From the NCBI GenBank assembly GCA_963667465.2, contig CAXXDN010000001.1:576001-640000 (forward strand): 64,000 nucleotides of DNA, written 5' to 3'. The stretch comes from Dehalococcoidia bacterium (GTDB lineage: Bacteria; Chloroflexota; Dehalococcoidia; UBA2979). Shown here one piece after another: positions 37,580 to 48,475 of the stretch (position 1 is its first letter; each line of letters starts with the position of its first letter). Under the pieces are notes generated by a model. It searched no databases, was not told the origin of the DNA, and saw only the letters and a list, made by a program, of their open reading frames with translations. The position numbers were made by a program, and so were the translations under genes.

Positions 37580-38218
37580 TCACGCCTCCGGCGTGATCGT
37601 CTCCACGGCGCGCCACATGTACCAGGAGGCGACGGTGCGGTACGGCGACCAGGGGGCGCCGATCTCGCGAGCCCGTGCGGGCGTCGGCGTCTCCGGCAGG
37701 CCGTAGGCCGCCTGCATGCCGTTGCGCACGCCGAGATCGCCCGTGGGCAGCACGTCGGGGCGGCCCAGCTCGAACATCAGGAACATGTGCGCCGACCACT
37801 CGCCGATGCCGCGCACGGCGGTCAACCGCTCGATCACCGCGGCGTCGTCGAGGTCCTCGAGGGCGGCGAAGTCGATCGAGCCGTCCAGGCAGTGCTGCGC
37901 GAGGTCGCGCAGGTAGCTCGCCTTCTGGCGCGAGACGCCGGCGCCGCGGAACTCCTCGTCGCTGGTCGCGAGGATGGCATCCGGCTCGGGGGTGCGCTGC
38001 TCATCGCCGTGGAGGGCGAAGAAGCGGCGCTGGATTGCCCGGGCAGCCGCGCCCGCGAGCTGCTGGAAGAGGATCGAGCGCACCATCGAGGCGTACGGGT
38101 CGCCGCCGGGGCGTGGCCGGTAGGGCCCGTGCTCCTCGATCAACGCTCCCACGACCGGGTCGGCCTCGCGCAGGTGCGCGTAGGCGGCTCGAAGCGAGAA
38201 GCGCATGCGGCGTGGCAT
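37580..38218 (-). CDS. alkA: DNA-3-methyladenine glycosylase II (HhH-GPD)
   Basis: SILFQQL, LTAVRGIGEWSA.MFLMF.LGRPDVLP.GDLGV, WSPYRTVA. Confidence 0.9.
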   Translation of the reverse strand: MPRRMRFSLRAAYAHLREADPVVGALIEEHGPYRPRPGGDPYASMVRSILFQQLAGAAARAIQRRFFALHGDEQRTPEPDAILATSDEEFRGAGVSRQKASYLRDLAQHCLDGSIDFAALEDLDDAAVIERLTAVRGIGEWSAHMFLMFELGRPDVLPTGDLGVRNGMQAAYGLPETPTPARAREIGAPWSPYRTVASWYMWRAVETITPEA

Positions 38219-38483
38219 CGGCGCATCCTACGCCGCGTCAGGAGCGTGCGCCCTCGCGGCGGTCGGGAACGCGGGCGAGCCAGTGCTCGGCCGCGCGTGG
38301 GGAGCGCAGGCGCACGCGCAGCATCGTGCGCCGCCGCCAGCCGCGGACGAGGAAGGGGTAGTCGAGCCAGACGACCGTCGCCGACCGCGTCGCTCATTCC
38401 GCCTGGGCCCCTCCGCGGCGCTTCACTAGACGACGCCGTCCCAGGTAGACCCTGCGCCGCCGACCCCCTGTCGTGGGAGCGAC

Positions 38484-39230
38484 CTACATGTATTGGCCGC
38501 CGTTGGGGCTGAGCTGGGCGCCGGTGAACCAGCCGCCCTCGGTGCAGAGAAAGCGCACCACGGCCGCGACCTCCTCGGGCTCGCCGAAGCGGCCGAGGGG
38601 AATCTGGGCCTTGATGTTGTCCTGGATGTTCTCCGGCAGCGCGGTCACCATGTCCGTCGCCACGAAGCCGGGGCAGACGGCGTTGACGGTGATGTTGTTG
38701 CGCGCCAGTTCGCGGGCGGCCGTCTTGGTGAAGCCGATCATGCCCGCCTTCGTCGCGCCGTAGTTGGCCTGCCCGATGTTGCCCATCTGCCCGATCACCG
38801 AGGAGATGTTGACGATCCGGCCGTAGTTCGCTTCGCGCATGTGCGGCACCGCGGCGCGCGTGCAGTAGAACATCCCCGAGAGGTTCGTCCCGATCACCTC
38901 GTCCCACTCCTCCACGGAGAGCCGCGAGAGCGTGCGGTCGCGGTTGATGCCCGCGTTGTTGACGAGGATGTCGACCTTGCCGAGCTCCTCGACCGCGGTC
39001 TCGATCAGGTCCGCTGCCGAGTCGGCGTCGGAGATGTCGGCCTTGACGAGGACCACCGTCCCGCCGAGCTCGTGGATCGCGTCACGCGTCTCCTCGGCAG
39101 CGTCGGCGTTCGAGACGTAGTTGACGACCACGCTGGCGCCCTCGCCCGCCAGTTCGAGGGCGCACGCGCGCCCGATGCCGCGGCTCGCGCCCGTCACCAC
39201 TGCCACCTGTCCGTCGAGTGCACCGGCCAC
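38484..39230 (-). CDS. Beta-ketoacyl reductase, acetoacetyl-CoA reductase (PhaB)-like SDR
   Basis: TGASRGIG, NNAGI, GQMGNIGQANYGATKAG, C-terminal NGGQYM. Confidence 0.88.
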   Translation of the reverse strand: MAGALDGQVAVVTGASRGIGRACALELAGEGASVVVNYVSNADAAEETRDAIHELGGTVVLVKADISDADSAADLIETAVEELGKVDILVNNAGINRDRTLSRLSVEEWDEVIGTNLSGMFYCTRAAVPHMREANYGRIVNISSVIGQMGNIGQANYGATKAGMIGFTKTAARELARNNITVNAVCPGFVATDMVTALPENIQDNIKAQIPLGRFGEPEEVAAVVRFLCTEGGWFTGAQLSPNGGQYM

Positions 39231-39337
39231 GTCACACCTCCCGTCGCCGCACGCGGCGATCCGCCGCAGCGTGCGGCGTGGACTCGCCAACAGGCGTGTT
39301 GTAACGCAGGAACGGCTTGCTGACGACCGCTACGCGC

Positions 39338-41014
39338 CTAGACGGCGGTCGGCGGGACGTATTCGCCCCACTCCTCGCGCAGCACGCCGCACATCTCGCC
39401 GAGGGTCGCGTAGCTGCGCACTGCGTCGAGCACCGGCTCCATCAGGCCGGCGTCGCCTCGCGCCGCCGCGCGCAGCCCGGCCAGCGAGGAGCCGACGGCC
39501 GCCTCGTCGCGAGCGCCGCGGACCTGCGCGAGCCGCGTGAGTTGCGCGTCGATCACGGTGGTGTTGGGGCGGAAGATCGGCGTCGCGTCCTCGTCCTCGT
39601 CGATGTACTGGTTGACGCCGACGACGATGCGCTCGCCACTCTCCACCTCGCGCTGGTAGGCGACCGAGGCCTCCTGGATCTCGGACTGCATGTAGCCGCC
39701 CTCGATCGCCGCGACGGAGCCGCCGATGTCCTCGACGCGGTCGAGGATGGACTGCGCCTGCACCTCCAGCTCACCGGTCAGCCACTCGACGTAGTAGGAG
39801 CCGGCGAGCGGGTCCACGGTGTCGGCCGCTCCGGTCTCCTCGGCGATGATCTGCTGCGAGCGCAGCGCGAGCTGCTGCGCCTCCTCGGTGGGTAGCGCCA
39901 GCGCCTCGTCGTAGCAGGAGAGCGCGAGCGACTGGACGCCGCCGAGCACGGCGGCGAGCGCCTGCACGGCGGAGCGGGTGAGGTTGTTGAGCGGCTGCTG
40001 CGCGGTCAGCGTGGAGCCGCCGGTCTGCGTGTGCGTGCGCAGCGTCATCGCGTTCGGGTTGGTCGCGCCGTAGCGCTCCTTCATCGCGCGCGCCCACATG
40101 CGGCGCAGCGCGCGGAACTTCGCGACCTCCTCGAAGAAGTAGTTGTGCGTGTTGAAGATCCAGGAGATGCGCGGCGCCACCTCGTCCACCGTCGCGCCCT
40201 GCGCGATGCTGCGATCGAGGTAGGCGAAGGCGTTGGCGAAGGAGAAGGCGACCTCCTGCGCGGCGGTCGAGCCGGCCTCGCGGATGTGGTAGCCGGAGAC
40301 GGAGATCGAGTTGAAGCGCGGCGCCTCGCGTGCGCAGTAGTTGATCAGGTCCGCCGCGAAGCGGACGGAGGGGCCGGGCGGGAAGATGTAGGTGCCGCGC
40401 GCGACGTACTCCTTGAGCACGTCGTTCTGCGCGGTGCCGGTGATCACGCTCGGCTCATGCCCTTGCTTCTCAGCCGCCACGATGTACATCGCGACGATGA
40501 TCGGCGCGGGCGCGTTGATCGTCATCGAGGTCGAGATGCCATCCAGCGGGATGCCCTCGAACAGCGTCTCCATGTCCGCCAGCGAGTCGACGGCGACGCC
40601 GACCTGGCCGACCTCGCCGGCGGCCATCGCGTGATCCGAGTCGTAGCCGGTCTGGGTGGGCAGGTCGAAGGCGACGGAGAGGCCGGTCTGGCCGTTGGCG
40701 AGCAGCTCGCGGAAGCGCTCGTTGGTCTCCTCGGGTGTGCCGAACCCGGCGTACTGGCGCATCGTCCAGAGCCGCCCGCGGTACATCGTCGGCTGCACGC
40801 CGCGCGTGAACGGGTACTCGCCGGGGAAGCCGAGGTCGTCGAGGTAGTCGACGTCGGTCACGTCGTTCGGGGTGTAGAAGCGGCGGGCGCCGGCGGACGA
40901 GGTGCGGAACTCCTCGCGGCGCTCGGGGAAGCGCTTCAGAACCTTGGCCAGCGCGCCCTGCTCCCAGGCGTCCTGGGCCTCGGCGATGGCGGTCTGCTGC
41001 TGAGGCTTCATCAT
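39338..41014 (-). CDS. Methylmalonyl-CoA mutase, substrate-binding (large) subunit
   Basis: [45 protein letters not shown]; no B12-binding domain. Confidence 0.92.
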   Translation of the reverse strand: MMKPQQQTAIAEAQDAWEQGALAKVLKRFPERREEFRTSSAGARRFYTPNDVTDVDYLDDLGFPGEYPFTRGVQPTMYRGRLWTMRQYAGFGTPEETNERFRELLANGQTGLSVAFDLPTQTGYDSDHAMAAGEVGQVGVAVDSLADMETLFEGIPLDGISTSMTINAPAPIIVAMYIVAAEKQGHEPSVITGTAQNDVLKEYVARGTYIFPPGPSVRFAADLINYCAREAPRFNSISVSGYHIREAGSTAAQEVAFSFANAFAYLDRSIAQGATVDEVAPRISWIFNTHNYFFEEVAKFRALRRMWARAMKERYGATNPNAMTLRTHTQTGGSTLTAQQPLNNLTRSAVQALAAVLGGVQSLALSCYDEALALPTEEAQQLALRSQQIIAEETGAADTVDPLAGSYYVEWLTGELEVQAQSILDRVEDIGGSVAAIEGGYMQSEIQEASVAYQREVESGERIVVGVNQYIDEDEDATPIFRPNTTVIDAQLTRLAQVRGARDEAAVGSSLAGLRAAARGDAGLMEPVLDAVRSYATLGEMCGVLREEWGEYVPPTAV

Positions 41015-41054
41015 CGGCCTGCTCCGTTGCTGTCGCTCGTCGCCTCTCGCGCGG

Positions 41055-41477
41055 TCAGGCGAGCGCCTCGACCATCACGAGGGCGTCGCCGCGGATCACG
41101 TCGACGCCGTCCTGGTTGCTCACCGTCGTGTTCAGCGCGACGGAGCTGCGGTCCGTGTCCACCGCGGTCGCCTCGACGGTCGCGGTCAGCGTGTCGCCGG
41201 GCTTCACCGGGGCGCGGAAGCTCAGGTTCTGCCGCAGGTAGATCACGGCGCTGTCCGGCGCGAGCCTGGTCCCGAGCGCGGCCGAGATCACGCCTGCAGC
41301 GAGGATACCGTGTGCGATCGGCTCCTTGAAGCGGGTGCGCGCCGCGTAGTCCGGATCGCTGTGCAGCGGGTTGGTGTCCCCGGAGACCGCGGTGAACATG
41401 GCGATGTCCTCCGCGGTCACGGTCTTCTCGTAGCTCGCGGTCGTACCCTCGACGATGCCCTGGACGCCGTCGGCCAT
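41055..41477 (-). CDS. MaoC/PhaJ-like (R)-specific enoyl-CoA hydratase
   Basis: F..VSGDTNPLH.D..YA..TRF..PIAHG. Confidence 0.9.
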   Translation of the reverse strand: MADGVQGIVEGTTASYEKTVTAEDIAMFTAVSGDTNPLHSDPDYAARTRFKEPIAHGILAAGVISAALGTRLAPDSAVIYLRQNLSFRAPVKPGDTLTATVEATAVDTDRSSVALNTTVSNQDGVDVIRGDALVMVEALA

Positions 41478-41616
41478 CTCGCCCCCTCGCTCGCTCGCCG
41501 GCGCGCGGACCGGCGCGGCGGCATCGTACGAGGGCGGCTCGGGGGTCGTCCAACGCCTGCCTCGGAGTCGCCGCGGGAGAATTGCGTGAGTTATTGACCA
41601 AAAATGTGAAAGAAAG

Positions 41617-41644
41617 TTGACGCTGCCCGCCGGTCGGCGATAAT
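41617..41644 (+). promoter_or_regulatory. Candidate sigma70 promoter of the suf operon
   Basis: TTGACG-16bp-GATAAT in an AT-rich patch. Confidence 0.5.
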
Positions 41645-41764
41645 GGATATACGGAGCGCACCCGCTTGCGGCGAGCAGGAACGAGCGCTCCAGTTGACCG
41701 CGACACAACTGCAGAGGGGCCGTGGGCAGCCGCCGCGGGTGCGCACGGGGCAGGAAGGCGCAGA

Positions 41765-42445
41765 GTGGTCCAACGGGTCGTGCAGCGAGCGCGCGATGAA
41801 GTGGCGCGAATCCTCTACGAGCGCGGCGACCGCAGTGTTGCCGAACTGGCGCTCGAGCTGGGCGTCTCGCAGGGCTCGGTCCGCCGTCACCTCGACATCA
41901 TGGTCGCCGAGGGCCTGCTCGAGACGACGCTCGTGCGGCAGCCGCGCGGGCGGCCCGTCACCCGCTACTCGCTCAGCGAGGCGGGCGAGGATCGCTCCGG
42001 CGCGGACCACTACACGAGCCTGATCGGGCGGCTGCTGCCCGCCCTCGCCAGCCTCGGCGAGGACGAGGTTTCCGGCCGCGACGGCGAGGCGATTCTGGAG
42101 CAGGTCTACAGCCGCGTCGCCGAGGACATCGCGCGCGAGCGCGGCGGCGCCGTGCGCAGCACGGAGCTGGGACCGCGCCTGGAGGAGGTCGTCGCCGCGC
42201 TCAGCGCCGAGGGCATCCTCACCGAGGTCCGGGACGAGGGCGAAGTCTACCGGCTGAGCAACGTCGGCTGCCCCTGCCCCTCGACCACGAGCGAGACGAA
42301 CGCGGCCTGCGAGGCAGACCGCTACAGCATCGAGCTGCTCGTCGGCAGGCCCGTCGAGCAGGTGGCAACGATCGCGGGAGGCGGAGCCTGCTGCGAGTAC
42401 CAGGTGCGCAAGCCGGCTGAGCCGGCCGGCGTCGTAGTGCAATGA
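41765..42445 (+). CDS. sufR: SufR-like HTH transcriptional regulator
   Basis: ELGVSQGSVRRHL, RGRP...Y.L, C-terminal CPC..C..CC; first gene of the suf operon. Confidence 0.82.
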   Translation: MVQRVVQRARDEVARILYERGDRSVAELALELGVSQGSVRRHLDIMVAEGLLETTLVRQPRGRPVTRYSLSEAGEDRSGADHYTSLIGRLLPALASLGEDEVSGRDGEAILEQVYSRVAEDIARERGGAVRSTELGPRLEEVVAALSAEGILTEVRDEGEVYRLSNVGCPCPSTTSETNAACEADRYSIELLVGRPVEQVATIAGGGACCEYQVRKPAEPAGVVVQ

Positions 42446-43266
42446 GTGGAGCACCAGTGAGCGAAACCGTGAGCGAACCGATCCTCGAGGTACGCGATCT
42501 GCACGTCAGCATCGCCGATGCACCCGACGTGCAGATCGTCAAGGGCGTCAACCTGACCGTGCGCGCCGGCGAGGTGCACGCGTTAATGGGGCCCAACGGC
42601 TCCGGCAAGAGCACGCTCGCCAACGCGATCGCCGGCAGCCCCGCCTATGTGGTGGACTCCGGCGAGGTGCGCTACCGCGGCGAGGACGTCACCACGCTGA
42701 CGGCGGACGCGCGCGGGCGCCTCGGCATGTTCCTCTCGTTCCAGTACCCGACGCCGATTCCCGGCGTGACGATGGTCAACCTGCTGCGCATGGCGATTAA
42801 GTCGCGGCGTGGCGAGGAGCCCTCGGCGCGGGAGTTCCTGGCCGAGCTGCGCGAGACGCTGCAGACGCTGCGCATGGACGAGGACTTCGCCCGCCGCTAC
42901 GTCAACGACGGCTTCTCCGGCGGCGAGAAGAAGCGCGCCGAGATCCTGCAACTGGGGATGCTCAAGCCGGAGCTCGCGATCCTGGACGAAACGGACTCCG
43001 GGCTTGACGTGGACGCGCTGCGCACCGTCGCCGAGGGCGTCAACACGCTGCACCACCCGGGGATGGGCATCCTGCTGATCACGCACTACCAGCGGATCCT
43101 CAACTACATCACGCCGGACCACGTGCATGTGCTGTTCGACGGGCGCATCGTGCGCTCCGGCGGCCCGCAGCTCGCGCACGAGATCGAGACAGGCGGATAC
43201 GACCCAATTCTCGAGGAGATCGGTCTCAAGGAGATCGGCGCGGAGACGGCGGCCGCCGCCTCCTGA
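42442..43266 (+). CDS. sufC: Fe-S cluster assembly ATPase SufC
   Basis: [37 protein letters not shown]. Confidence 0.96.
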   Translation: MSGAPVSETVSEPILEVRDLHVSIADAPDVQIVKGVNLTVRAGEVHALMGPNGSGKSTLANAIAGSPAYVVDSGEVRYRGEDVTTLTADARGRLGMFLSFQYPTPIPGVTMVNLLRMAIKSRRGEEPSAREFLAELRETLQTLRMDEDFARRYVNDGFSGGEKKRAEILQLGMLKPELAILDETDSGLDVDALRTVAEGVNTLHHPGMGILLITHYQRILNYITPDHVHVLFDGRIVRSGGPQLAHEIETGGYDPILEEIGLKEIGAETAAAAS

Positions 43267-43306
43267 ACGTCGATCGGAAACCAGGCTCACACGAGGGAGC
43301 AAGTCC

Positions 43307-44725
43307 ATGGCCACCGTGAATCCGGCAGCGCGCGACGCAGTCGGCGAGTACCAGTGGGGCTTCCATGACGATGAAGCGCCGCTCTTCCGCGCCGACAAGG
43401 GCCTGACCGAGGAGGTCGTGCGCAAGATCTCGGAGTTCAAGGACGAACCCGAGTGGATGCGCGAGTTCCGCCTCGAATCGCTGCGCACCTTCCTCGAGAA
43501 GGACGACCCGACGTGGGCCGGCAGCCCCGAACTGCTCGAGGCGATCGACTTCGACGACATCACCTACTACGTGCGCGCCACCGATACGGACGCCAGCAAC
43601 TGGGACGACGTGCCGGAGTACATCAAGGACACCTTCGACAAGCTCGGCATCCCGGAGGCGGAGCGCCAGTTCCTCGCCGGGGCGGGCGCGCAGTACGACT
43701 CGGAGGTCGTCTACCACAACATCCGCGAAGATCTCGCGAAGCAGGGCGTCGTCTTCCTCGGCATGGACCAGGGTCTCGAGGAATACGAGGAGCTGGTGCG
43801 CGAGTACTTCGGGACGGTGGTGCCGCCGGGGGACAACCGCTACTCGGCGCTGAACAGCGCGGTCTGGTCAGGCGGCTCGTTCATCTACGTGCCGCCGGGT
43901 GTCCAGGTGGACGTCCCGCTGCAGGCCTACTTCCGTATCAACACGGAGAACATGGGCCAGTTCGAGCGCACGCTGATCATCGCGGACGAGGGCAGCTACG
44001 TGCACTACGTCGAGGGCTGCACCGCGCCGATCTACAGCTCCGACTCGCTGCACTCGGCAGTCGTCGAGATCATCGTCAAGAAGGACGCGCGGGTCCGCTA
44101 CACGACCATCCAGAACTGGTCGAACAACGTCTACAACCTGGTGACCAAGCGCGCGGCCGCCTACGAGAACGCCGTCATGGAGTGGGTCGACGGCAACATC
44201 GGCTCCAAGCTGACGATGAAGTACCCGTCGGTCTACCTGATGGAGCCGGGCGCGCACGGCGAGATCCTCTCGCTCGCCTTCGCCGGCGACGGACAGCACC
44301 AGGACGCGGGCGGCAAGATCGTCCACGTGGCGCCGCACACTTCCTCGGCGATCGTCTCCAAGTCCGTCTCGCGCGGCAGCGGGCGCACCTCCTACCGTGG
44401 CCTGCTCAAGGTCCACGAGGGCGCCGAGGACTCCAGCTCCACCGTGCGCTGCGACGCGCTGCTGCTCGACGAGCACTCGCGCTCCGACACCTACCCGACG
44501 ATGGAGGTCGACGAGGAGCAGGTGACGATCGGGCACGAGGCCTCCGTTTCCAAGCTCGGCGACGACCAGCTCTTCTACCTGATGTCGCGAGGCATCACGG
44601 AGGAAGAGGCCTCCAAGATGGTCGTCAACGGCTTCGTCGAGCCGATCGTCAAGGAGCTCCCGATGGAGTACGCGATCGAGCTGAACCGGCTGATCGAGCT
44701 ACAGATGGAAGGCTCCGTCGGCTAG
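43307..44725 (+). CDS. sufB: Fe-S cluster assembly protein SufB
   Basis: [31 protein letters not shown]. Confidence 0.97.
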   Translation: MATVNPAARDAVGEYQWGFHDDEAPLFRADKGLTEEVVRKISEFKDEPEWMREFRLESLRTFLEKDDPTWAGSPELLEAIDFDDITYYVRATDTDASNWDDVPEYIKDTFDKLGIPEAERQFLAGAGAQYDSEVVYHNIREDLAKQGVVFLGMDQGLEEYEELVREYFGTVVPPGDNRYSALNSAVWSGGSFIYVPPGVQVDVPLQAYFRINTENMGQFERTLIIADEGSYVHYVEGCTAPIYSSDSLHSAVVEIIVKKDARVRYTTIQNWSNNVYNLVTKRAAAYENAVMEWVDGNIGSKLTMKYPSVYLMEPGAHGEILSLAFAGDGQHQDAGGKIVHVAPHTSSAIVSKSVSRGSGRTSYRGLLKVHEGAEDSSSTVRCDALLLDEHSRSDTYPTMEVDEEQVTIGHEASVSKLGDDQLFYLMSRGITEEEASKMVVNGFVEPIVKELPMEYAIELNRLIELQMEGSVG

Positions 44726-44753
44726 CGCTCCTCGCGAGCTGCAAGGGATCACG

Positions 44754-45986
44754 ATGAGCGAACCCACAACCCCGGTCGCCCCGGCCCACGCGGAGCAGGC
44801 CGTGCTCGCCGCCGCCGTACAGCGCGGCGAGCCGGAGTGGCTGCTGGAACGCCGCGCCGAGGCCGCGCGTGCCTTCGCCGCGCTGCCGCTGCCCACACCG
44901 GCGCTGCGCCCCTGGCGCTACACCGACGTGACCCGGCTCGACCTCGCTGCGTTCGCCCCGGCGGAGACGCCGATCGCCATCGAGGGCGGCACTGACGAGG
45001 GCGGCGCCTACGCCGGGACGCTGGCCGGCGCCCTCGAGGGCCGCCGCGCGCTCGTCGCCGATCGCCTCGGCGCGCTCGTCCCGGCGACCGAGGGCAAGTT
45101 CATCGCCGCCAACGCCGCGCTCTGGAGCGGCGGCGCGCTCGTGCACGCGCCCGCCGGCCACGCCTTCGCGGAGCCCGTCGTCGTGACCGTCGATGCGAGC
45201 GACCTCGCGGATGCGGCAGTGCACCCGCGGCTGCTGATCGAGGCCGGCGAGCAGGCCGAGGTCACGGTTGTGCTGCGCACTCGCTCCGGCGACGCTCCGC
45301 TGCTGGCGGCGGGCGTGATCGAGATCGCGGTCGCGCAGGCCGCGCGCGTGCGACTGTTGATCGACGACCGCTGGGGGGCGGCGACACAGGACTTCACGAC
45401 GATCCGCGCGCGCCTCGGACGCGACGCCGACCTGCGGGTCGCCTCGCTTGCCATCGGCGCCGCGATCCTCAAGCAGACCGTCGAGGTCACGCTCGAGGGT
45501 GAGGGCGCAAACTCCTCGATCCGCGCGGTCGCCCTCGGCGACGAGGACCAACACTTCGACTTCGTGACACTGCAGGACCACGTCGGGCCGCGCTCGACCT
45601 CTGATGTCGAGGTGAAGGCCGCCCTCGCCGGGGCCTCGCGCTCGATCTACTACGGCATCACCCGTGTCGAGGAAGGAGCGGCGGGGTCCGAGGCGAACCA
45701 GCAGAACCGCAACCTGCTGCTCTCCGGGGACTCCAAGGCGGACTCCGACCCGGTCCTCGAGATCCTCACTGCCGACGTGATCCGCTGCGGCCACGCCGCG
45801 ACGGTCGGGCCGGTCGACCAGGACGCGCTGTTCTACCTGCAGAGCCGCGGGCTCGACCGCCGCACGGCACTGCAGTTGCTGGTCAGCGGCTTCTTCCAGT
45901 CCGTCGCCCGCGACCTCGCGGTCGAGGGCATGGCCGACGATCTGGAGCGCACGGTCTTCGCCAAGCTGGCGCGGGCCGTGCTCTGA
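44754..45986 (+). CDS. sufD: Fe-S cluster assembly protein SufD
   Basis: WRYTD, NRNLLLS, P.LEI...DV..CGHAATVG, LFYLQSRG. Confidence 0.92.
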   Translation: MSEPTTPVAPAHAEQAVLAAAVQRGEPEWLLERRAEAARAFAALPLPTPALRPWRYTDVTRLDLAAFAPAETPIAIEGGTDEGGAYAGTLAGALEGRRALVADRLGALVPATEGKFIAANAALWSGGALVHAPAGHAFAEPVVVTVDASDLADAAVHPRLLIEAGEQAEVTVVLRTRSGDAPLLAAGVIEIAVAQAARVRLLIDDRWGAATQDFTTIRARLGRDADLRVASLAIGAAILKQTVEVTLEGEGANSSIRAVALGDEDQHFDFVTLQDHVGPRSTSDVEVKAALAGASRSIYYGITRVEEGAAGSEANQQNRNLLLSGDSKADSDPVLEILTADVIRCGHAATVGPVDQDALFYLQSRGLDRRTALQLLVSGFFQSVARDLAVEGMADDLERTVFAKLARAVL

Positions 45987-45996
45987 TGGCGCTCGC

Positions 45997-46317
45997 GTGA
46001 GCCCCGAACGCGTTGCCGCCGCCGCCGACGTCCCCGAGGGCGAGGTCCGCGTCGTCGAGTGTGGTGGGCGTTCACTGGCCCTCAGCAACATCGACGGCGA
46101 GCTGTTCGCGATCGACAACGTCTGCACGCACGACGGCGGCCCGCTGGGCGAGGGACGACTGCGCCAGGGGCGCGTGATCTGCCCGCGCCACGGCGCCGCC
46201 TTCGACGCGCGCACGGGCCGCGCGCTCACGCTCCCCGCCGTCCGGGGCGTCAGCGCCTACCACGTCAACGTCGAGGACGGCGACGCCTACGTCGAGTGCG
46301 AGGAGGCGTCCGCGTGA
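45997..46317 (+). CDS. Rieske-type ferredoxin
   Basis: CTH...CPRH. Confidence 0.93.
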   Translation: MSPERVAAAADVPEGEVRVVECGGRSLALSNIDGELFAIDNVCTHDGGPLGEGRLRQGRVICPRHGAAFDARTGRALTLPAVRGVSAYHVNVEDGDAYVECEEASA

Positions 46318-47564
46318 ATTCCGACGGCGGCTTCGACATCGAGCGCATCCGGCGCGACTTCCCGATCCTCAAGCGCGAGGTCAACGGCCATCCGCTCGTC
46401 TACCTCGACAACGCCGCGACCTCGCACCGGCCCGTCCAGGTGATGGCCGAGATCACGCGCTTCTACCGCGACACCAATTCCAACATCCACCGCGGCGTCC
46501 ACACCCTGTCCGTCGAGGCGACCGAACGCTTCGAGGCCGTGCGCGAGCGGATGCGCGCCTTCCTCGGCGCGCCCGACGCCTCCGAGATCATCTTCACGCG
46601 CAACACGACCGAGTCGATCAACCTCGTCGCGCACGCCTGGGGCCGCACCTTCCTCGAGGCGGGGGACGAGGTGCTGATCAGCGAGATCGAGCACCACTCC
46701 AACATCGTGCCCTGGCAGCTGCTGCGCGACGCGCGCGGCATCGTGCTGCGCCACATCCCGATGCTCCCCGACGGCACGCTGGACCTCGCCGAGGCGCGGC
46801 GGCTGATCGGCCCGCGCACGCGGCTGCTCTCGATCACGCTGATGTCGAACGCCCTCGGAACGATCGTCCCGGTGGCCGAGCTGGCGGAGCTGGCGCGGGC
46901 GCAGGGCGCGCGCGTGCTGGTGGACGCGGCGCAGGCGGCGCCGCACATGCCGATCGACGTCGGCGAGCTGGGCGCGGACTTCCTCGCCTGCTCCGCGCAC
47001 AAGATGCTCGGCCCCACCGGCGTCGGCGTGCTCTGGGGCCGCCGCGAGCTGCTGGAGGAGATGCCGCCCTTCCTCGGCGGCGGCGACATGATCGCCAGCG
47101 TCAGCCTCGAGGAGTCGACCTGGAACGAGCTGCCCCACAAGTTCGAGGCGGGCACCCCGAACATCGCCGGCGTGATCGGCTTCGGCGCCGCGCTCGACTA
47201 CCTCGAGGCGGTCGGCATGGACGCGATCCGCAGCCACGAGGTCGACCTCACGACGTACGCGCTGGACCGGTTGATCGACGTGCCCGGCGTCACGCTCTAC
47301 GGGCCGCTCGACCCCGAGCTGCGCGGCGGCGTGGTCTCGTTCGGCCTCGATGGCGTGCATCCGCATGACATCGGGCAGGTGCTGGACGGCGAGGGTGTCG
47401 CGATCCGCGCCGGGCACCACTGCGCGCAGCCCGTGATGCGGCGGCTCGACATTGCCGCTACCGCGCGCGCCTCGTTCTATCTGTACAACACCCGCGAGGA
47501 GGTGGACGCGTTGGAGGCGGCGGTGCGCGAGACGTCGGACTTCTTTGGAGGCTTTGGTGGCTGA
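46314..47564 (+). CDS. sufS: Cysteine desulfurase SufS
   Basis: YLDNAAT, EHHSNIVPW, SAHKMLGP, RAGHHCA. Confidence 0.96.
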   Translation: MNSDGGFDIERIRRDFPILKREVNGHPLVYLDNAATSHRPVQVMAEITRFYRDTNSNIHRGVHTLSVEATERFEAVRERMRAFLGAPDASEIIFTRNTTESINLVAHAWGRTFLEAGDEVLISEIEHHSNIVPWQLLRDARGIVLRHIPMLPDGTLDLAEARRLIGPRTRLLSITLMSNALGTIVPVAELAELARAQGARVLVDAAQAAPHMPIDVGELGADFLACSAHKMLGPTGVGVLWGRRELLEEMPPFLGGGDMIASVSLEESTWNELPHKFEAGTPNIAGVIGFGAALDYLEAVGMDAIRSHEVDLTTYALDRLIDVPGVTLYGPLDPELRGGVVSFGLDGVHPHDIGQVLDGEGVAIRAGHHCAQPVMRRLDIAATARASFYLYNTREEVDALEAAVRETSDFFGGFGG

Positions 47565-48045
47565 CCTCGACGATCTGTACCGCGAGATCCTGCTCGACCA
47601 TTACCGCCAGCCGCGCAATCGTGGCCCGCTCGAGGCCGCGAACGCCAGCGCCGAGGGCTCCAACCCGCTCTGCGGCGACGAGATCACGCTGGAACTGCAA
47701 CTCGACGCCGACGGCCGCATCGCCGACGTGGCGTTCAGCGGCCAGGGCTGCTCGATCTCGCAGGCCTCGAGCTCGCTGATGACGGAGCACGTCAAGGGCC
47801 GCAGCAGCGGCGAGGCGTCAACCGCGATCGACGCGTTCCAGGCGATGATGATCGACGGCGAGGAGGCCGCGATCGACCTCGGCGACATCGAGGCGCTGGC
47901 CGGGGTACGCAAGTTCCCGATGCGGGTAAAGTGTGCCTCGCTTGCCTGGAAGACGCTGGAGCTCGCGCTCGCGCAGCATGACCGCGCCGGCGACGCGCCT
48001 CGCGCCACCGTCACGACCGACGAAAGGAGCACTCCCAATGGCTGA
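47557..48045 (+). CDS. sufU: SufU (NifU-like) protein
   Basis: LYREILLDHY, NPLCGD, GCSISQAS, RVKCA. Confidence 0.94.
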   Translation: MADLDDLYREILLDHYRQPRNRGPLEAANASAEGSNPLCGDEITLELQLDADGRIADVAFSGQGCSISQASSSLMTEHVKGRSSGEASTAIDAFQAMMIDGEEAAIDLGDIEALAGVRKFPMRVKCASLAWKTLELALAQHDRAGDAPRATVTTDERSTPNG

Positions 48046-48385
48046 AGCCGCAGCCGACGCCCCCGAGGCAGCCGCCGAACGGCCGAGCGAGGAGCAGCTC
48101 TGGGAGGTGCTCCACCAGATCGAGGATCCCGAGCTGCGGATGGGAATCGCTGAGCTGGGCCTCATCTACTACGTGAACATCGACGACGAGGGCCTCGTCA
48201 CCATCGACATGACGCTGACCAGCCCGGCCTGCCCCGTGGGGCCGATGCTGCAGGGGCAGGCCTACCACCTGCTCACGCAGATGGACGGCGTCGAGGACGT
48301 CGAGGTGAACCTGGTCTGGGATCCGCCCTGGGATCCGAAGACGATGGCCTCCGAAGAGGTGCGGATGCAGCTCGGCATCTGGTAG
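48038..48385 (+). CDS. sufT: DUF59/SufT metal-sulfur cluster biosynthesis protein
   Basis: DPEL...ELGLIY, MTLTSPACP, VWDPPW. Confidence 0.9.
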   Translation: MAEAAADAPEAAAERPSEEQLWEVLHQIEDPELRMGIAELGLIYYVNIDDEGLVTIDMTLTSPACPVGPMLQGQAYHLLTQMDGVEDVEVNLVWDPPWDPKTMASEEVRMQLGIW

Positions 48386-48475
48386 CCGCGAGCGGCGCGC
48401 AGCCCGCGTACCATCTTCCGCGCCGGACGGCGGCTGCCGCCTAGCGCGACAGCCGGACCGAGTGAGCGCCGCCGC

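Noticed and set aside
41765-48385. suf operon as a novel system
   Set aside because: It is the canonical sufR-C-B-D-Rieske-S-U-T arrangement.
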